Source: Patescibacteria group bacterium
GTDB taxonomy: Bacteria > Patescibacteriota > Patescibacteriia > UBA10025 > JAHIVO01
Length of the DNA: 64,000 bases
Reading direction: 5' to 3'
NCBI GenBank assembly: GCA_049325535.1
Contig: JBMOKY010000001.1
Location: 1,074,118 to 1,138,117 of the forward strand
The notes beneath the pieces are model-generated. The model had not been told where the DNA came from. It ran no database searches and saw only the letters and a list, made by a program, of their open reading frames with translations. Shown here in pieces: positions 1 to 11,722 of this stretch (its first letter is position 1; every line of letters begins with the position of its first letter). The position numbers were made by a program, and so were the translations under genes.

Positions 1-78
1 GGTGGCGCTGATTTGAAATAGAATCAAAGGCAAACTATACTGACGACTGACCTCCCCACTAATCAATGGGGAGATTTT

Positions 79-381
79 ATGCATTACGTCTATATTCTAG
101 CTACGAAATATAATAAGATGCTGTATATCGGTATCACGAGTCACCTGGAGGGCAGGGTTCGACAGCATAAGGAAAAACAGATCGATGGGTATACGAGTAA
201 GTATAACGTTACCAAGCTAGTATACTTTGAGGAATTTCAGTATGTGTATGATGCGATAGTACGGGAAAAGCAATTGAAGGGTTGGTTACGCAGGAAAAAG
301 GATGCGCTGATTTCTGGTATGAATCCCGATTGGAAAGATCTCAGTGATGGTTGGTATAGCACGAACGAATCGTTATACTAA
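79..381 (+). CDS. GIY-YIG family nuclease (small standalone URI domain)
   Basis: Translation MHYVYILATKYNKMLYIGITSHLEGRVRQH has the GIY...YIG motif spacing plus a conserved R and E downstream. It is a 100 aa standalone domain. Confidence 0.8.
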   Translation: MHYVYILATKYNKMLYIGITSHLEGRVRQHKEKQIDGYTSKYNVTKLVYFEEFQYVYDAIVREKQLKGWLRRKKDALISGMNPDWKDLSDGWYSTNESLY

Positions 382-390
382 CTCTTCTTG

Positions 391-560
391 TTGTCATCCT
401 GAGGGAGCGGTCGAGCGACCGAAGGATATAATTATATCCTTCGCTACGCTCAGGATGACAAGTGTGGGTCAGGATGACAAGCGGGAAGGGCGCTCAGGAT
501 GACAATGAAAAAAGTTGTCATTGCGAGCGAACCGCGTTAATGAACGCGGAAGCGGGGCAA
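391..560. repeat. Cluster of palindromes and short tandem repeats (three copies of tcaggatgacaa, a 13-bp inverted repeat, nested perfect hairpins)
   Basis: ttgtcatcctgag (391-403) is the reverse complement of ctcaggatgacaa (449-461). Between them is the perfect hairpin cgaaggatata-att-atatccttcg. tcaggatgacaa recurs at about 450, 468 and 494. A second hairpin cgcgttaatgaacgcg lies at about 530. Confidence 0.6.
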
Positions 561-642
561 TCTCCCATTCGAGCCCGAAGGTAAAACGCCCTAGATTCAG
601 CATCTCCATAAGTTAACTTAATCCGGTGGCTTTTCTCTATCC

Positions 643-671
643 TTGACACCCTCTCCGATGCGAGTTATAAT
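643..671 (+). promoter_or_regulatory. Consensus sigma70-type promoter (TTGACA-17-TATAAT), likely the rRNA operon promoter
   Basis: ttgaca at 643-648, an exact 17-nt spacer, tataat at 666-671. It lies about 350 nt upstream of the mature 23S 5' end and is followed by a leader with several hairpins (about 740-870). Confidence 0.6.
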
Positions 672-1021
672 GCCAAATACGGAAAAGTAATACACACAAT
701 ATCCCCAGAAATATGCAAAAAACCTTATCATTAACCAAAATGGGCGACTAAATCACCATTATTTTAAAGTAATGATTTAGTCCCGCCCCAGCGGGATTTT
801 TGTTACCCCGCAACGGGGTAACAACCCCGAGCGAACAAAGCGAGTCGCGGGGTCGCATGAAAAAGCCACTAGCACTTTTCAATCAGTGAAATATCCGAAC
901 TGCCGATCACTCTATATATAAATAGAATGATTCCAGATCAGATATTCAGACGGGACATTGACAACTGAATAGGCATAACACGTATCTTCACAATCATTTG
1001 GATCACGGCCCATGTTTCTAT

Positions 1022-4099
<3,078 letters not shown>

Positions 4100-4177
4100 A
4101 TGTGAGCATGGGCAACTATGCGCGTGTTATGCCGATCAATTTTTGATCGCAAGAGGCGTAGGGAATAATATATTTGT

Positions 4178-4300
4178 TTCCTGGCCTCTGGTGATCCAAG
4201 CCCCAGGGCCACACCTGATCCCATCCCGAACTCAGTAGTTAAGCCTGGGAGCGCCGATGATACTACGGGGCAAACCGTGGGGAAAGTAGGCCGTTGCCAG
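4178..4300 (+). rRNA. rrf: 5S ribosomal RNA
   Basis: The sequence cctggcctctggtgatcc...cccatcccgaactcagtagttaagcctgggagcgccgatgatactacgggg...ccgttgccag shows helix I 5'/3' complementarity, is about 123 nt long, and sits about 80 nt after the 23S. Confidence 0.85.
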
Positions 4301-4310
4301 TTTATCAAAG

Positions 4311-4338
4311 AACGTTTCCAGAAATGGAGACGTTTTTT
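4311..4338 (+). terminator. Rho-independent terminator of the rRNA operon
   Basis: aacgtttcca-gaaa-tggagacgtt forms a 10-bp stem (one G-U) with a GAAA tetraloop, followed by a run of 6 T. Confidence 0.6.
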
Positions 4339-4618
4339 GATTGGCAATATCATCTCCACAACTTACGACAATCCCATCAGGCGTGATGCAGCCAAGAGAT
4401 CTGCCGTTGCCAGTTTTATATAGAACGCCTTTTTAGTGATGAAGGATGTTTTTTCTTTTTTTGTGGCACAGTGAAGCCTCCCTAGATAAGTGCTGCGTCA
4501 TTATTGGCGTTTGTCGAATTTAATTTTAACTGCTCTCTATTTACTACTCAAAAATTGCTCAACAGGTGTTATTTATACCTTATATTAGCCAAGAAATCAT
4601 AAGCTGTGGATACTGCCC

Positions 4619-4647
4619 TTGAATAAATAGTGCATATATTGTATGAT
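4619..4647 (+). promoter_or_regulatory. sigma70-like promoter TTGAAT-17-TATGAT
   Basis: ttgaat at 4619-4624, a 17-nt spacer, tatgat at 4642-4647, immediately upstream of the RHH-nucleotidyltransferase gene. Confidence 0.5.
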
Positions 4648-4672
4648 GGTGTATGAAAATTTACACCTACCT

Positions 4673-5509
4673 ATGGAACGTTCTCGACTTACCATTACCC
4701 TGAAAAAAGACCTTCTCCCCCTCGTGGATGAGGTTATTGATGGCACGCGAATACGTAACCGATCGCACGCGATCGAATACCTCCTCAGCCAGTCACTGCG
4801 TCCAAAAACGAACAAGGCGCTGGTTCTGGCCGCCGGTCGTGGAGTCAACATGCGTCCATTCACCTATGAAATCCCCAAAACCCTTATCCCTGTCCAGGGA
4901 AAACCAATCCTGGAATATTCGATAGAAATGCTTCGCGATGCAGGGTTTACGGACCTCTATGTCATGGTGGGTCATCTGGGCGACAAAATCATGTCGCACT
5001 TCGGCGACGGCTCGCGTTTTGGCGTGAAGATAACATATCTAAAAGAACGCAAGGAGCAAGGTACGGCCACCGCACTGCGCCACGCAGAGCGATATTTACA
5101 GCGCTCCCCCTTCCTCATGCTCTATGGTGATGTGCTCATCGACATCTCAATAAAAGACTTCGTGGAATTCCACCGGACACTGGGTGGTACAGCCACCATG
5201 GCTATCACCTCTAGCGATAAACCATATGAATTTGGCGTGGTGAGGCTGCACGGAAACAAGATCGTCAAATTCACCGAGAAACCAGAGCGGGGCAAACGCA
5301 TGGGGCATTTCGTCAATGCCGGGCTCTTCTTTCTCAATCCCGACATTTTTAAGTACGTCCCCAAGATGGGCTACTCCATGCTGGAAAAAGACGTTTTCCC
5401 CAAATTAGTAGCTGAGGGCAAGCTCATCGGTTATCCCTTCGAGGGACAATGGTTCGACGTCGGCACGCCGGAAATTTACGAGGAAGCGCTCAAGGACTGG
5501 CGACCTTAG
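4673..5509 (+). CDS. Ribbon-helix-helix (CopG/NikR-like) domain fused to a sugar-phosphate nucleotidyltransferase (RmlA/ManC-like)
   Basis: The N-terminus MERSRLTITLKKDLLPLVDEV...RNRSHAIEYLL fits the RHH beta-alpha-alpha pattern. It is followed by LVLAAGRGVNMRP...KTLIPVQGKPILEY, the NTP-transferase G-rich loop. The start at 4673 is chosen because the upstream ATG at 4643 lies inside the -10 element. Confidence 0.75.
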   Translation: MERSRLTITLKKDLLPLVDEVIDGTRIRNRSHAIEYLLSQSLRPKTNKALVLAAGRGVNMRPFTYEIPKTLIPVQGKPILEYSIEMLRDAGFTDLYVMVGHLGDKIMSHFGDGSRFGVKITYLKERKEQGTATALRHAERYLQRSPFLMLYGDVLIDISIKDFVEFHRTLGGTATMAITSSDKPYEFGVVRLHGNKIVKFTEKPERGKRMGHFVNAGLFFLNPDIFKYVPKMGYSMLEKDVFPKLVAEGKLIGYPFEGQWFDVGTPEIYEEALKDWRP

Positions 5510-5610
5510 TATTGATACTTTTTTAAAACACCTCCGCACCTTCGGTGGGAAGGCGTTTTAAAAAAGTAAACATAGCGATCTTTGTCATTCTAGCAGAAGG
5601 GATTTTGCAC

Positions 5611-6510
5611 ATGAGCAAATACCACCTCATCGGAGTGGACGTTGGCGGAACTCATCTGAAAGTGGGCATTCGGGAACCAGGGACGGATACGCTTGTTCGT
5701 TTCAAACGAACGGCGTCGTTATGTGGTGCACCTGCCGAAGAAGTCTGGTCAAATGTCTTCAATGAAATCGCGTCAGTCAATGGCGTGCTCCCGCACAATG
5801 CGGTAATCGGGCTTTCCATGCCAGGAGAACTCGACTCACTGCGTGGCGTCATCACCTCTCGTCGGCTTGGGCTGACCAATTTCTCATATGTTGAGCTTTT
5901 TGCCCAACGAGGGTTGCGTCCAGTCGGCATCAATGACGCTCAGGCAAGCGCCATCGGCGAGCTGCACTTCGGTGCAGGGCGGCATTACCAGGATATGGTT
6001 ATCCTAACACTCGGTACCAACATCGGTGGTGCAATAATCTACAACGGTAGGCTCATGACATCAAGTTCGGGCTATACGGTCGGGGTTGTTGCCCATGTGA
6101 CGGTGGACCCTCACGGTCCGGTCTGTCGCTGCGGCCGCCGCGGCTGCTGGGAAACCAAGTGTTCAAAGGCTACCATCCTGACCAGAGCTCGCCAGCTCGG
6201 TATTGACTGCCAGGAAGTCGAGGAGCTCGCCCAGCTGATCGAAACGGATGAGCGGGCACAGACGGTCTTCCGGGAACTCGGAGAGAATATCGCCCAGGGC
6301 ATTCTGGTATTCCTGGACATGCTGGCACCGCAGGCCATCGTCCTCAGCGGTGGCATTTCAAAGGTCGGATCCGTCCTGACGGATCGAATCAATGAAATCG
6401 TCCAGCCCCATGTCCGAGAAGGGCGGCAGCTCCAAATCATGTCTTCCCCGTTGGGTGACATGGCCGGTGTGCTCGGCGCCACCTACCTCGCCGAACACCA
6501 TTCTGCGTAA
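5611..6510 (+). CDS. ROK-family sugar kinase (glucokinase-like)
   Basis: The IGVDVGGTHLKVG ATP-binding motif and the CRCGRRGCWE ROK zinc motif are present. The start is taken as MSKYHL; the ORF extends upstream to 5545. Confidence 0.8.
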   Translation: MSKYHLIGVDVGGTHLKVGIREPGTDTLVRFKRTASLCGAPAEEVWSNVFNEIASVNGVLPHNAVIGLSMPGELDSLRGVITSRRLGLTNFSYVELFAQRGLRPVGINDAQASAIGELHFGAGRHYQDMVILTLGTNIGGAIIYNGRLMTSSSGYTVGVVAHVTVDPHGPVCRCGRRGCWETKCSKATILTRARQLGIDCQEVEELAQLIETDERAQTVFRELGENIAQGILVFLDMLAPQAIVLSGGISKVGSVLTDRINEIVQPHVREGRQLQIMSSPLGDMAGVLGATYLAEHHSA

Positions 6511-6536
6511 GCTCCTTCAGTCCGCTTTCGTCAAGC

Positions 6537-6580
6537 AGAGCGCCCAGTTCAAAATCACTGACCCGGGCGCTTTTTTTATT
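6537..6580 (+). terminator. Rho-independent terminator after the ROK kinase gene
   Basis: The gcgccc...gggcgc stem with a 17-nt loop is followed by 7 T. It overlaps the 3' end of the convergent suhB-like gene. Confidence 0.5.
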
Positions 6581-7346
6581 TGATAGCGCGGAGCAATTCG
6601 AGTACTGTTTTTTTATTCCCGGCAATCACATCATAGGTCCCCTGTGCAATCTGACGTGGCAGCGCATTGCCAGCAAGCGTATAGACGACACCACCAACCT
6701 CTTGCAACAATAAGATGCCGGCAGCGATATCCCAACTGGAGACATCGGTAAAAATTCCAGCGTTGATGCGGCCAGCTGCGCAGTATGCCAGCGTAATAGC
6801 GGTCGAGCCTAAATACCGTGTCTTGCGGGCTGACCGGATTATTTTTGGAATCAATCGTGCTCCCTGCTGACGATCTGCAAATGCGACGGCGGCGACAGCT
6901 TCATCGAGTCGGACCGGAGCTAATCGCGGCAATCGGGTGTTATTGAGCTTCACCCCGGCATGGGCGCTCCCGGCGAAAAATTCATCATGAATGGGATCAT
7001 ACATCGTGGCGTGGATGATCTGTCCATCTCTGAGAAGCGCAATCGTGGTACAATACAGAGGTAACCCAATCGGATAATTTGCCGTTCCATCAATCGGATC
7101 AATAATCCACGTGTATCGGCTTGATCCTTCCTGGACGCCCAGCTCCTCACCAATGATACGATCATGTGGGAAATATCGCTGTATCGAACGGCGAATCTGT
7201 CGCTCGGCGCTGACGTCGATGTCGGTCACTACGCTTTTTCTGTCATCCTTGTAGCTTACCCGCGCGATGCGGCTTTGACTCCGAAGAATATAGCGCCCTG
7301 CTCGTTTGGTGATAGTTAGTAATAGTGCTTCTCTGGTCATAGTCAC
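6576..7346 (-). CDS. Inositol monophosphatase family protein (SuhB-like)
   Basis: IMPase motifs WIIDPIDGTANY and WDIAAG are present. Confidence 0.8.
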   Translation of the reverse strand: MTMTREALLLTITKRAGRYILRSQSRIARVSYKDDRKSVVTDIDVSAERQIRRSIQRYFPHDRIIGEELGVQEGSSRYTWIIDPIDGTANYPIGLPLYCTTIALLRDGQIIHATMYDPIHDEFFAGSAHAGVKLNNTRLPRLAPVRLDEAVAAVAFADRQQGARLIPKIIRSARKTRYLGSTAITLAYCAAGRINAGIFTDVSSWDIAAGILLLQEVGGVVYTLAGNALPRQIAQGTYDVIAGNKKTVLELLRAIK

Positions 7347-7410
7347 TACGTATTATAATATTATTTTTCCTGTTCGCATTGTACCATAGGGTAGTCGGGC
7401 AAACCAGCCG

Positions 7411-7439
7411 TTGACATGCCCCTCGCTGACCGATATACT
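7411..7439 (+). promoter_or_regulatory. sigma70-like promoter TTGACA-17-TATACT
   Basis: ttgaca at 7411-7416, a 17-nt spacer, tatact at 7434-7439, upstream of gmk. Confidence 0.5.
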
Positions 7440-7469
7440 CTGTAATCATCATAAGCCACTACAAACAAT

Positions 7470-8288
7470 ATGAATCGAGAAAAAGAAATGTCCCCGGAAT
7501 TTAATAACGAAGCTATTCGTGAACAATACCAGGCTGTTCTCCGTGAGCTGCTAGAACAGCGAATTGCCATGGTCGGTGAAACAGCGGCTGAATCACATGA
7601 TCCAAATGCGAGTGTCGAGCAACAACTCGAATCACTGACGCTCCACGCAGAACAGATGCGACAGCAGCAGGGTGGAAAAACAAACGAATTTATCATCATG
7701 CAGGGGGCTTCAGGAGCAGGTAAAAGCACCATCGGCAAAGCGCTCGGCTTACCTCGATTTCCCCGCCATACCGATCGACAGCCCCGGCCCGGTGAAGTGG
7801 ACGGCGCTGACTACATCTTTATTTCCGCTGATGAATTTACCGCAAAACTCGAAGCCGGAGATTTTGTCGGCAATCCGGCCGAAACATACGGCGAGCGCCG
7901 AGGCATGGATCGCAGAACGTTGGATAGCTTTCTAGCCAAGGGGGGTTTTTATATCGATGGGAGTGCCCGCACACCACTGGATTTCTACTCTGACCCGGAA
8001 TACCACCACCATGAATTCCTGTCGGTTTTTGTGATGCCTCCGTCATTCGATGAATTGGTCCGCCGACTCCACGCCCGCACGCAGCAAGAACGCGGCCGGG
8101 CACAAACCGACCTACAGGTAAGTTCAGAGGATCAGATCCAAAAAAGGATAGCCGGAAGCGTGGAGCACCTGCGCAAAGCCTTGGCCTCGCAGGATGGCAA
8201 GCCCGTTACCGACCTGTTTCTAGTCAATGACCACATCGAACGGGCAACCGGTATCGTGCGGAGCGTCATCGGCAGCAATAAACGGTAG
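7470..8288 (+). CDS. gmk: Guanylate kinase (possibly with a roughly 60-aa N-terminal extension; alternative start 7656)
   Basis: The P-loop GASGAGKST and the motif RHTDRQPRPGEVDGADYIFIS...YGERRG match the guanylate kinase TTRPPRPGEVDGVDYHFVS signature. An internal Met at 7656 would give the canonical length of about 210 aa. Confidence 0.8.
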   Translation: MNREKEMSPEFNNEAIREQYQAVLRELLEQRIAMVGETAAESHDPNASVEQQLESLTLHAEQMRQQQGGKTNEFIIMQGASGAGKSTIGKALGLPRFPRHTDRQPRPGEVDGADYIFISADEFTAKLEAGDFVGNPAETYGERRGMDRRTLDSFLAKGGFYIDGSARTPLDFYSDPEYHHHEFLSVFVMPPSFDELVRRLHARTQQERGRAQTDLQVSSEDQIQKRIAGSVEHLRKALASQDGKPVTDLFLVNDHIERATGIVRSVIGSNKR

Positions 8289-8339
8289 CGTCCGATTCCA
8301 TCAAAGACCGTCCAGCCACGGACGCATTGTGCTATGGTA

Positions 8340-9503
8340 TCATGACTGAGCGATAGAATGTACCAGTCGTATATACTGCTCGTGCTGTCGCTGTGTATAC
8401 GACCCCAAAAACGGCTCGGCATATTGGAGGAATTTTTCCCGTACCTGGAATTTTTCAAAATCAAAATACGCATCATCCAGAAAACGCACTGCTCCCACCG
8501 CCTCGGCCAAAGGAATATCGGCAACATCGATTTCCATGCGCTGCATATCCGGACGCGACACACATGCCATCCGCCCAAACGATCCAGCCAGCAGTATCTC
8601 CACCGCCCGCTCTCCCAATGCTCGGGCGACGCGCGCGTCAACGTCAATGGGATTGCCCGTCTGCATGAAATTGCCGGGAAATAATGGTTTACCGCTAATC
8701 CCCAGCTCTTCGGTAATTTTCTTGCACAGGCCCATAGCCACAAATGCCTTCCGCTGTACCTGAAATGAATCGGCCGCATTGGCAGCCTGCAGCATCCCCT
8801 GCACATCACGATCAAAGCGCGCCTCTTCAGACAGCACGACCGTCACATAATTTCCATTTGCCTCATACCGTTGTTGTACTGCTTGTAGTACAGCATCGAG
8901 TTTGTACTCGCGCTCCGGCGGCAATATCACATCAGCCAGTCCGAACGCCGCAGCGGCGGTGAGCCACCCGGATTGACGGCCTAGCACTTCGATGACAAAC
9001 ACCCGGGATAGAGCATAGGCCGCGTCCATTTTGATATTGTAGGCATATTGTGCCGTCAAAAATGCCGCCGTGGGATAGCCGGGCGTCCAATAGGTCTGCT
9101 GCAGGTCATTGTCTATCGTTTTGGGAATCCCGACGATAGGGATCCCCTCGTGCTGAAATAATTTGTATGCCGCGCCCAGCGTATCGTCGCCGCCGATCGC
9201 CACCACATAGTCGACTTTATACTCGCGTAACTTTTCCTTGAGGATGGCCACTCCATCATCCACGGCAAAAGGATTGGTACGACTGGACCGTAAAAAGGTG
9301 CCGCCGACATGTTCGATCGGTGAGGTATCAAATTCGGTTAGGTCAATCACCCTACCGTTTGCCCCGAGGCTTGCCCAGCCGTGTAAACCGCCCAATATGC
9401 GCAGTTGAGATTTTTGTGCAGCGGTAATGACCCCGTATAATGTCGGATTGAGTGCCGGCGCCAGCCCACCGCCGGTAAATACCAGTACTGTTTTTTGATT
9501 CAT
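8340..9503 (-). CDS. pfk: 6-phosphofructokinase (ATP- or PPi-dependent)
   Basis: LVFTGGGLAPALN, AIGGDDTLGAA and IPKTIDNDL motifs are present. The start is taken at MNQKTVLVF; the ORF extends upstream to 9590. Confidence 0.85.
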   Translation of the reverse strand: MNQKTVLVFTGGGLAPALNPTLYGVITAAQKSQLRILGGLHGWASLGANGRVIDLTEFDTSPIEHVGGTFLRSSRTNPFAVDDGVAILKEKLREYKVDYVVAIGGDDTLGAAYKLFQHEGIPIVGIPKTIDNDLQQTYWTPGYPTAAFLTAQYAYNIKMDAAYALSRVFVIEVLGRQSGWLTAAAAFGLADVILPPEREYKLDAVLQAVQQRYEANGNYVTVVLSEEARFDRDVQGMLQAANAADSFQVQRKAFVAMGLCKKITEELGISGKPLFPGNFMQTGNPIDVDARVARALGERAVEILLAGSFGRMACVSRPDMQRMEIDVADIPLAEAVGAVRFLDDAYFDFEKFQVREKFLQYAEPFLGSYTQRQHEQYIRLVHSIAQS

Positions 9504-9643
9504 ATGATTACTCCACAGTGTACCAAAAAACCGCCCTCCTGGACAGCTTGACAATGCTGCCGGTATTGGGTATGCTACTGCATTACACAAAAAAACAATA
9601 AAAGAGAAACTTTACAACCCCACATACACGCTCAGAAGGAGGT

Positions 9644-10630
9644 GTGGTTATCATGGACACACCATTGTTTGACATTGACCCCCAGGCTAATTATCATGCC
9701 GCGACCGGTCTGTCCGTCTGCGAGGAAATCCTCGTGGTGCCGGACGATGCGAAAAACATCGACATGAGTAAGGAGCCCTCGGGCATCACCCGCTTGGCCA
9801 GTGGTACGGCGCTGAATATCACCAATATCCTGCGCAACACCTTTGGCTTTTCGGTCAAGCTGCTGGCCGCCGTCGATCATGTGGAAAAAGGCATTGGTCG
9901 GGGTTTTATATCCCGACGAATGGACCAGATGAATATCGATTGGCATCCCCTGCCAATCCTGGACGGCAGCCACACTGCGGTGATCGTGCGTCGCGACGGA
10001 GCGATGCACAAAATATTCTCGGACAAACGCCCGCTGTTGAAGGAGATGGTTCAGGAGGTGGGCAACCAGATTCGCTTGTCCAATCCGGCGGTGATCATCG
10101 CCAGCGGCGTCATGCCCGGCGAGGTGAACATGATCCGGGAAATGTTCACCACCAAACCGAGGGCCATCCGCGTGCTCAATCCACGCGTACAGCTCATCCG
10201 CGATACGGATAAATTTCAGCAGCTGCTGGAAAATACCGATCTGCTCATCCTCAACCATGAGGAGCTCGGGCATTGCCTCGGCAAGGAGATCACCTGCGAG
10301 GGAATATCTCTGGATGACATCAAACCCATCCACGACCGGGGGGTCTCGACGATCATCCTCACCTGCAATCTGCAAGGAGCGATAGTCTCCCATCCAGCTG
10401 GGGGAATCTGGCACCACCAGCCGGTTGTTGCGGCAAAACAGGTGGTCGATCCCACCGGCGCCGGTGACTCATTCACTGCCGGGGTGGCCGCAGCTATCCT
10501 GCACCAAAAACCGTACTCCGAGCTCATGCTCTGGGGTGCGGTGATGAGCAGTATCAATGTGGGTAAATGGGGGGGCGCCAACTGCCCCACACTGGACGAA
10601 TTTACCGAAACGGTAAACCACAACCGGTAA
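9644..10630 (+). CDS. PfkB-family carbohydrate kinase (ribokinase-like)
   Basis: The C-terminal DPTGAGDSFTAG PfkB signature is present. Confidence 0.8.
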   Translation: MVIMDTPLFDIDPQANYHAATGLSVCEEILVVPDDAKNIDMSKEPSGITRLASGTALNITNILRNTFGFSVKLLAAVDHVEKGIGRGFISRRMDQMNIDWHPLPILDGSHTAVIVRRDGAMHKIFSDKRPLLKEMVQEVGNQIRLSNPAVIIASGVMPGEVNMIREMFTTKPRAIRVLNPRVQLIRDTDKFQQLLENTDLLILNHEELGHCLGKEITCEGISLDDIKPIHDRGVSTIILTCNLQGAIVSHPAGGIWHHQPVVAAKQVVDPTGAGDSFTAGVAAAILHQKPYSELMLWGAVMSSINVGKWGGANCPTLDEFTETVNHNR

Positions 10631-10654
10631 TTTCCGTACGGAGTTCTCCGCTGC

Positions 10655-11659
10655 TCACTCTTCGACGGTCGCATGCATCTGTGCGGCCGTCTTTTTTATT
10701 TCATCGGGAAAAAGCGCGGCAATGCTGGCGGGGATAGCCATCAGCGCCAGCGGCACTAGCAGCCGTGTCTCATGCGGCCAGCCCATCAGCGCGGTGATGA
10801 GGAAAAAAATAACCATATAGGGCGCTGTCCGCCGCAGAAATACCGGCTTTTCTTTCAGCCGTATAAATGGCAGCACCCAAAGCATCCCAAGAAATGGGAT
10901 GAAATACAGGTATACGCTGACCAATGGATTGAGCCGCAGTCCCATACTCCATAAATGAATATTTTTTGAATACTGCCAAAACGCCGAATTGGCCCCCTCG
11001 TAGAATGCATTGCGCGTTAGGTAAAAAATTAGCCCCCAGACCGCCAGCAAGCCGGCGATCTCAACGGCCCGCCTAGCCGCCTGCCGCCAGTCGATGCGCC
11101 ACCACCGCCCTGCCGCCGGCCAGCGGTACAGGCCATACAACGGGACAAGCAGGACGATGGTCTCTTTGGCAAAACAGCCGGCACCGATGATCAGCATCAG
11201 CCACCAATATTTATAGTCACGGATAGCCCATACCCCGAGGAGGAAGAATGGATATAGTACGACGTCAGACTCCTGGAGAAACGGTAAAAACGTGATCGGC
11301 TGGATCGCCGCCAATATCACCGTCCCCAGCATAGCAATGGATGGACGGAACCAGGACAAGAGGAATAGATGAAATAAACACAGCAGTAAAAACGTCATGA
11401 GCAAACGGATAGTCAAATACGCGACGTAGGTCGGAACATCCATCAGCCGACTGACGCCATCGGCCATCCAAAATGACAGCAAGCGGAACTGGGTGGAGTC
11501 GGGCTGCTGACCATCCGCGATCTGCTGATGCCATGTCGCCCAGCCGCCGGGAACATGCTGTATATGGGTCAAAAAATACACGCCAACCAGCGACCAGGCA
11601 ATAAAAAAATAAAAAAGGAATATACACAGGAGTCGTTTGGACTGAGGGGAAAATTTCAT
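10655..11659 (-). CDS. Polytopic integral membrane protein of unknown function (about 9 TM)
   Basis: Multiple hydrophobic helices are present. No soluble domain is recognised. Confidence 0.5.
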   Translation of the reverse strand: MKFSPQSKRLLCIFLFYFFIAWSLVGVYFLTHIQHVPGGWATWHQQIADGQQPDSTQFRLLSFWMADGVSRLMDVPTYVAYLTIRLLMTFLLLCLFHLFLLSWFRPSIAMLGTVILAAIQPITFLPFLQESDVVLYPFFLLGVWAIRDYKYWWLMLIIGAGCFAKETIVLLVPLYGLYRWPAAGRWWRIDWRQAARRAVEIAGLLAVWGLIFYLTRNAFYEGANSAFWQYSKNIHLWSMGLRLNPLVSVYLYFIPFLGMLWVLPFIRLKEKPVFLRRTAPYMVIFFLITALMGWPHETRLLVPLALMAIPASIAALFPDEIKKTAAQMHATVEE

Positions 11660-11722
11660 GATACCAGTGTAGCATATTCTGCGGTGGTCTGGCGCACCAA
11701 CCCATGCTACAATAAGCCCACT

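Noticed and set aside
450-505. The three tandem tcaggatgacaa copies considered as a CRISPR array.
   Set aside because: The unit is only 12 nt with irregular 6-14 nt spacing, there are only three copies, and no cas genes are present. It is more consistent with palindromic structural or mobile-element repeats.
4643-4672. The upstream ATG (4643) as the start of the RHH-nucleotidyltransferase gene.
   Set aside because: It falls inside the -10 hexamer of the best promoter candidate (4642-4647). The ATG at 4673, just before the RHH beta-strand, is more plausible.
8132-8815. 227-aa minus-strand ORF overlapping the 3' part of pfk in another frame.
   Set aside because: Its Trp/Cys/Arg-rich composition is typical of an out-of-frame GC-rich reading. 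pfk in the other frame has the canonical motifs.
9632-10417. 261-aa ORF antisense to the PfkB kinase gene.
   Set aside because: It completely overlaps a gene with strong family motifs. Its translation is low-complexity and Gly/Asp/His-rich with no motif, typical of GC-rich antisense frames.
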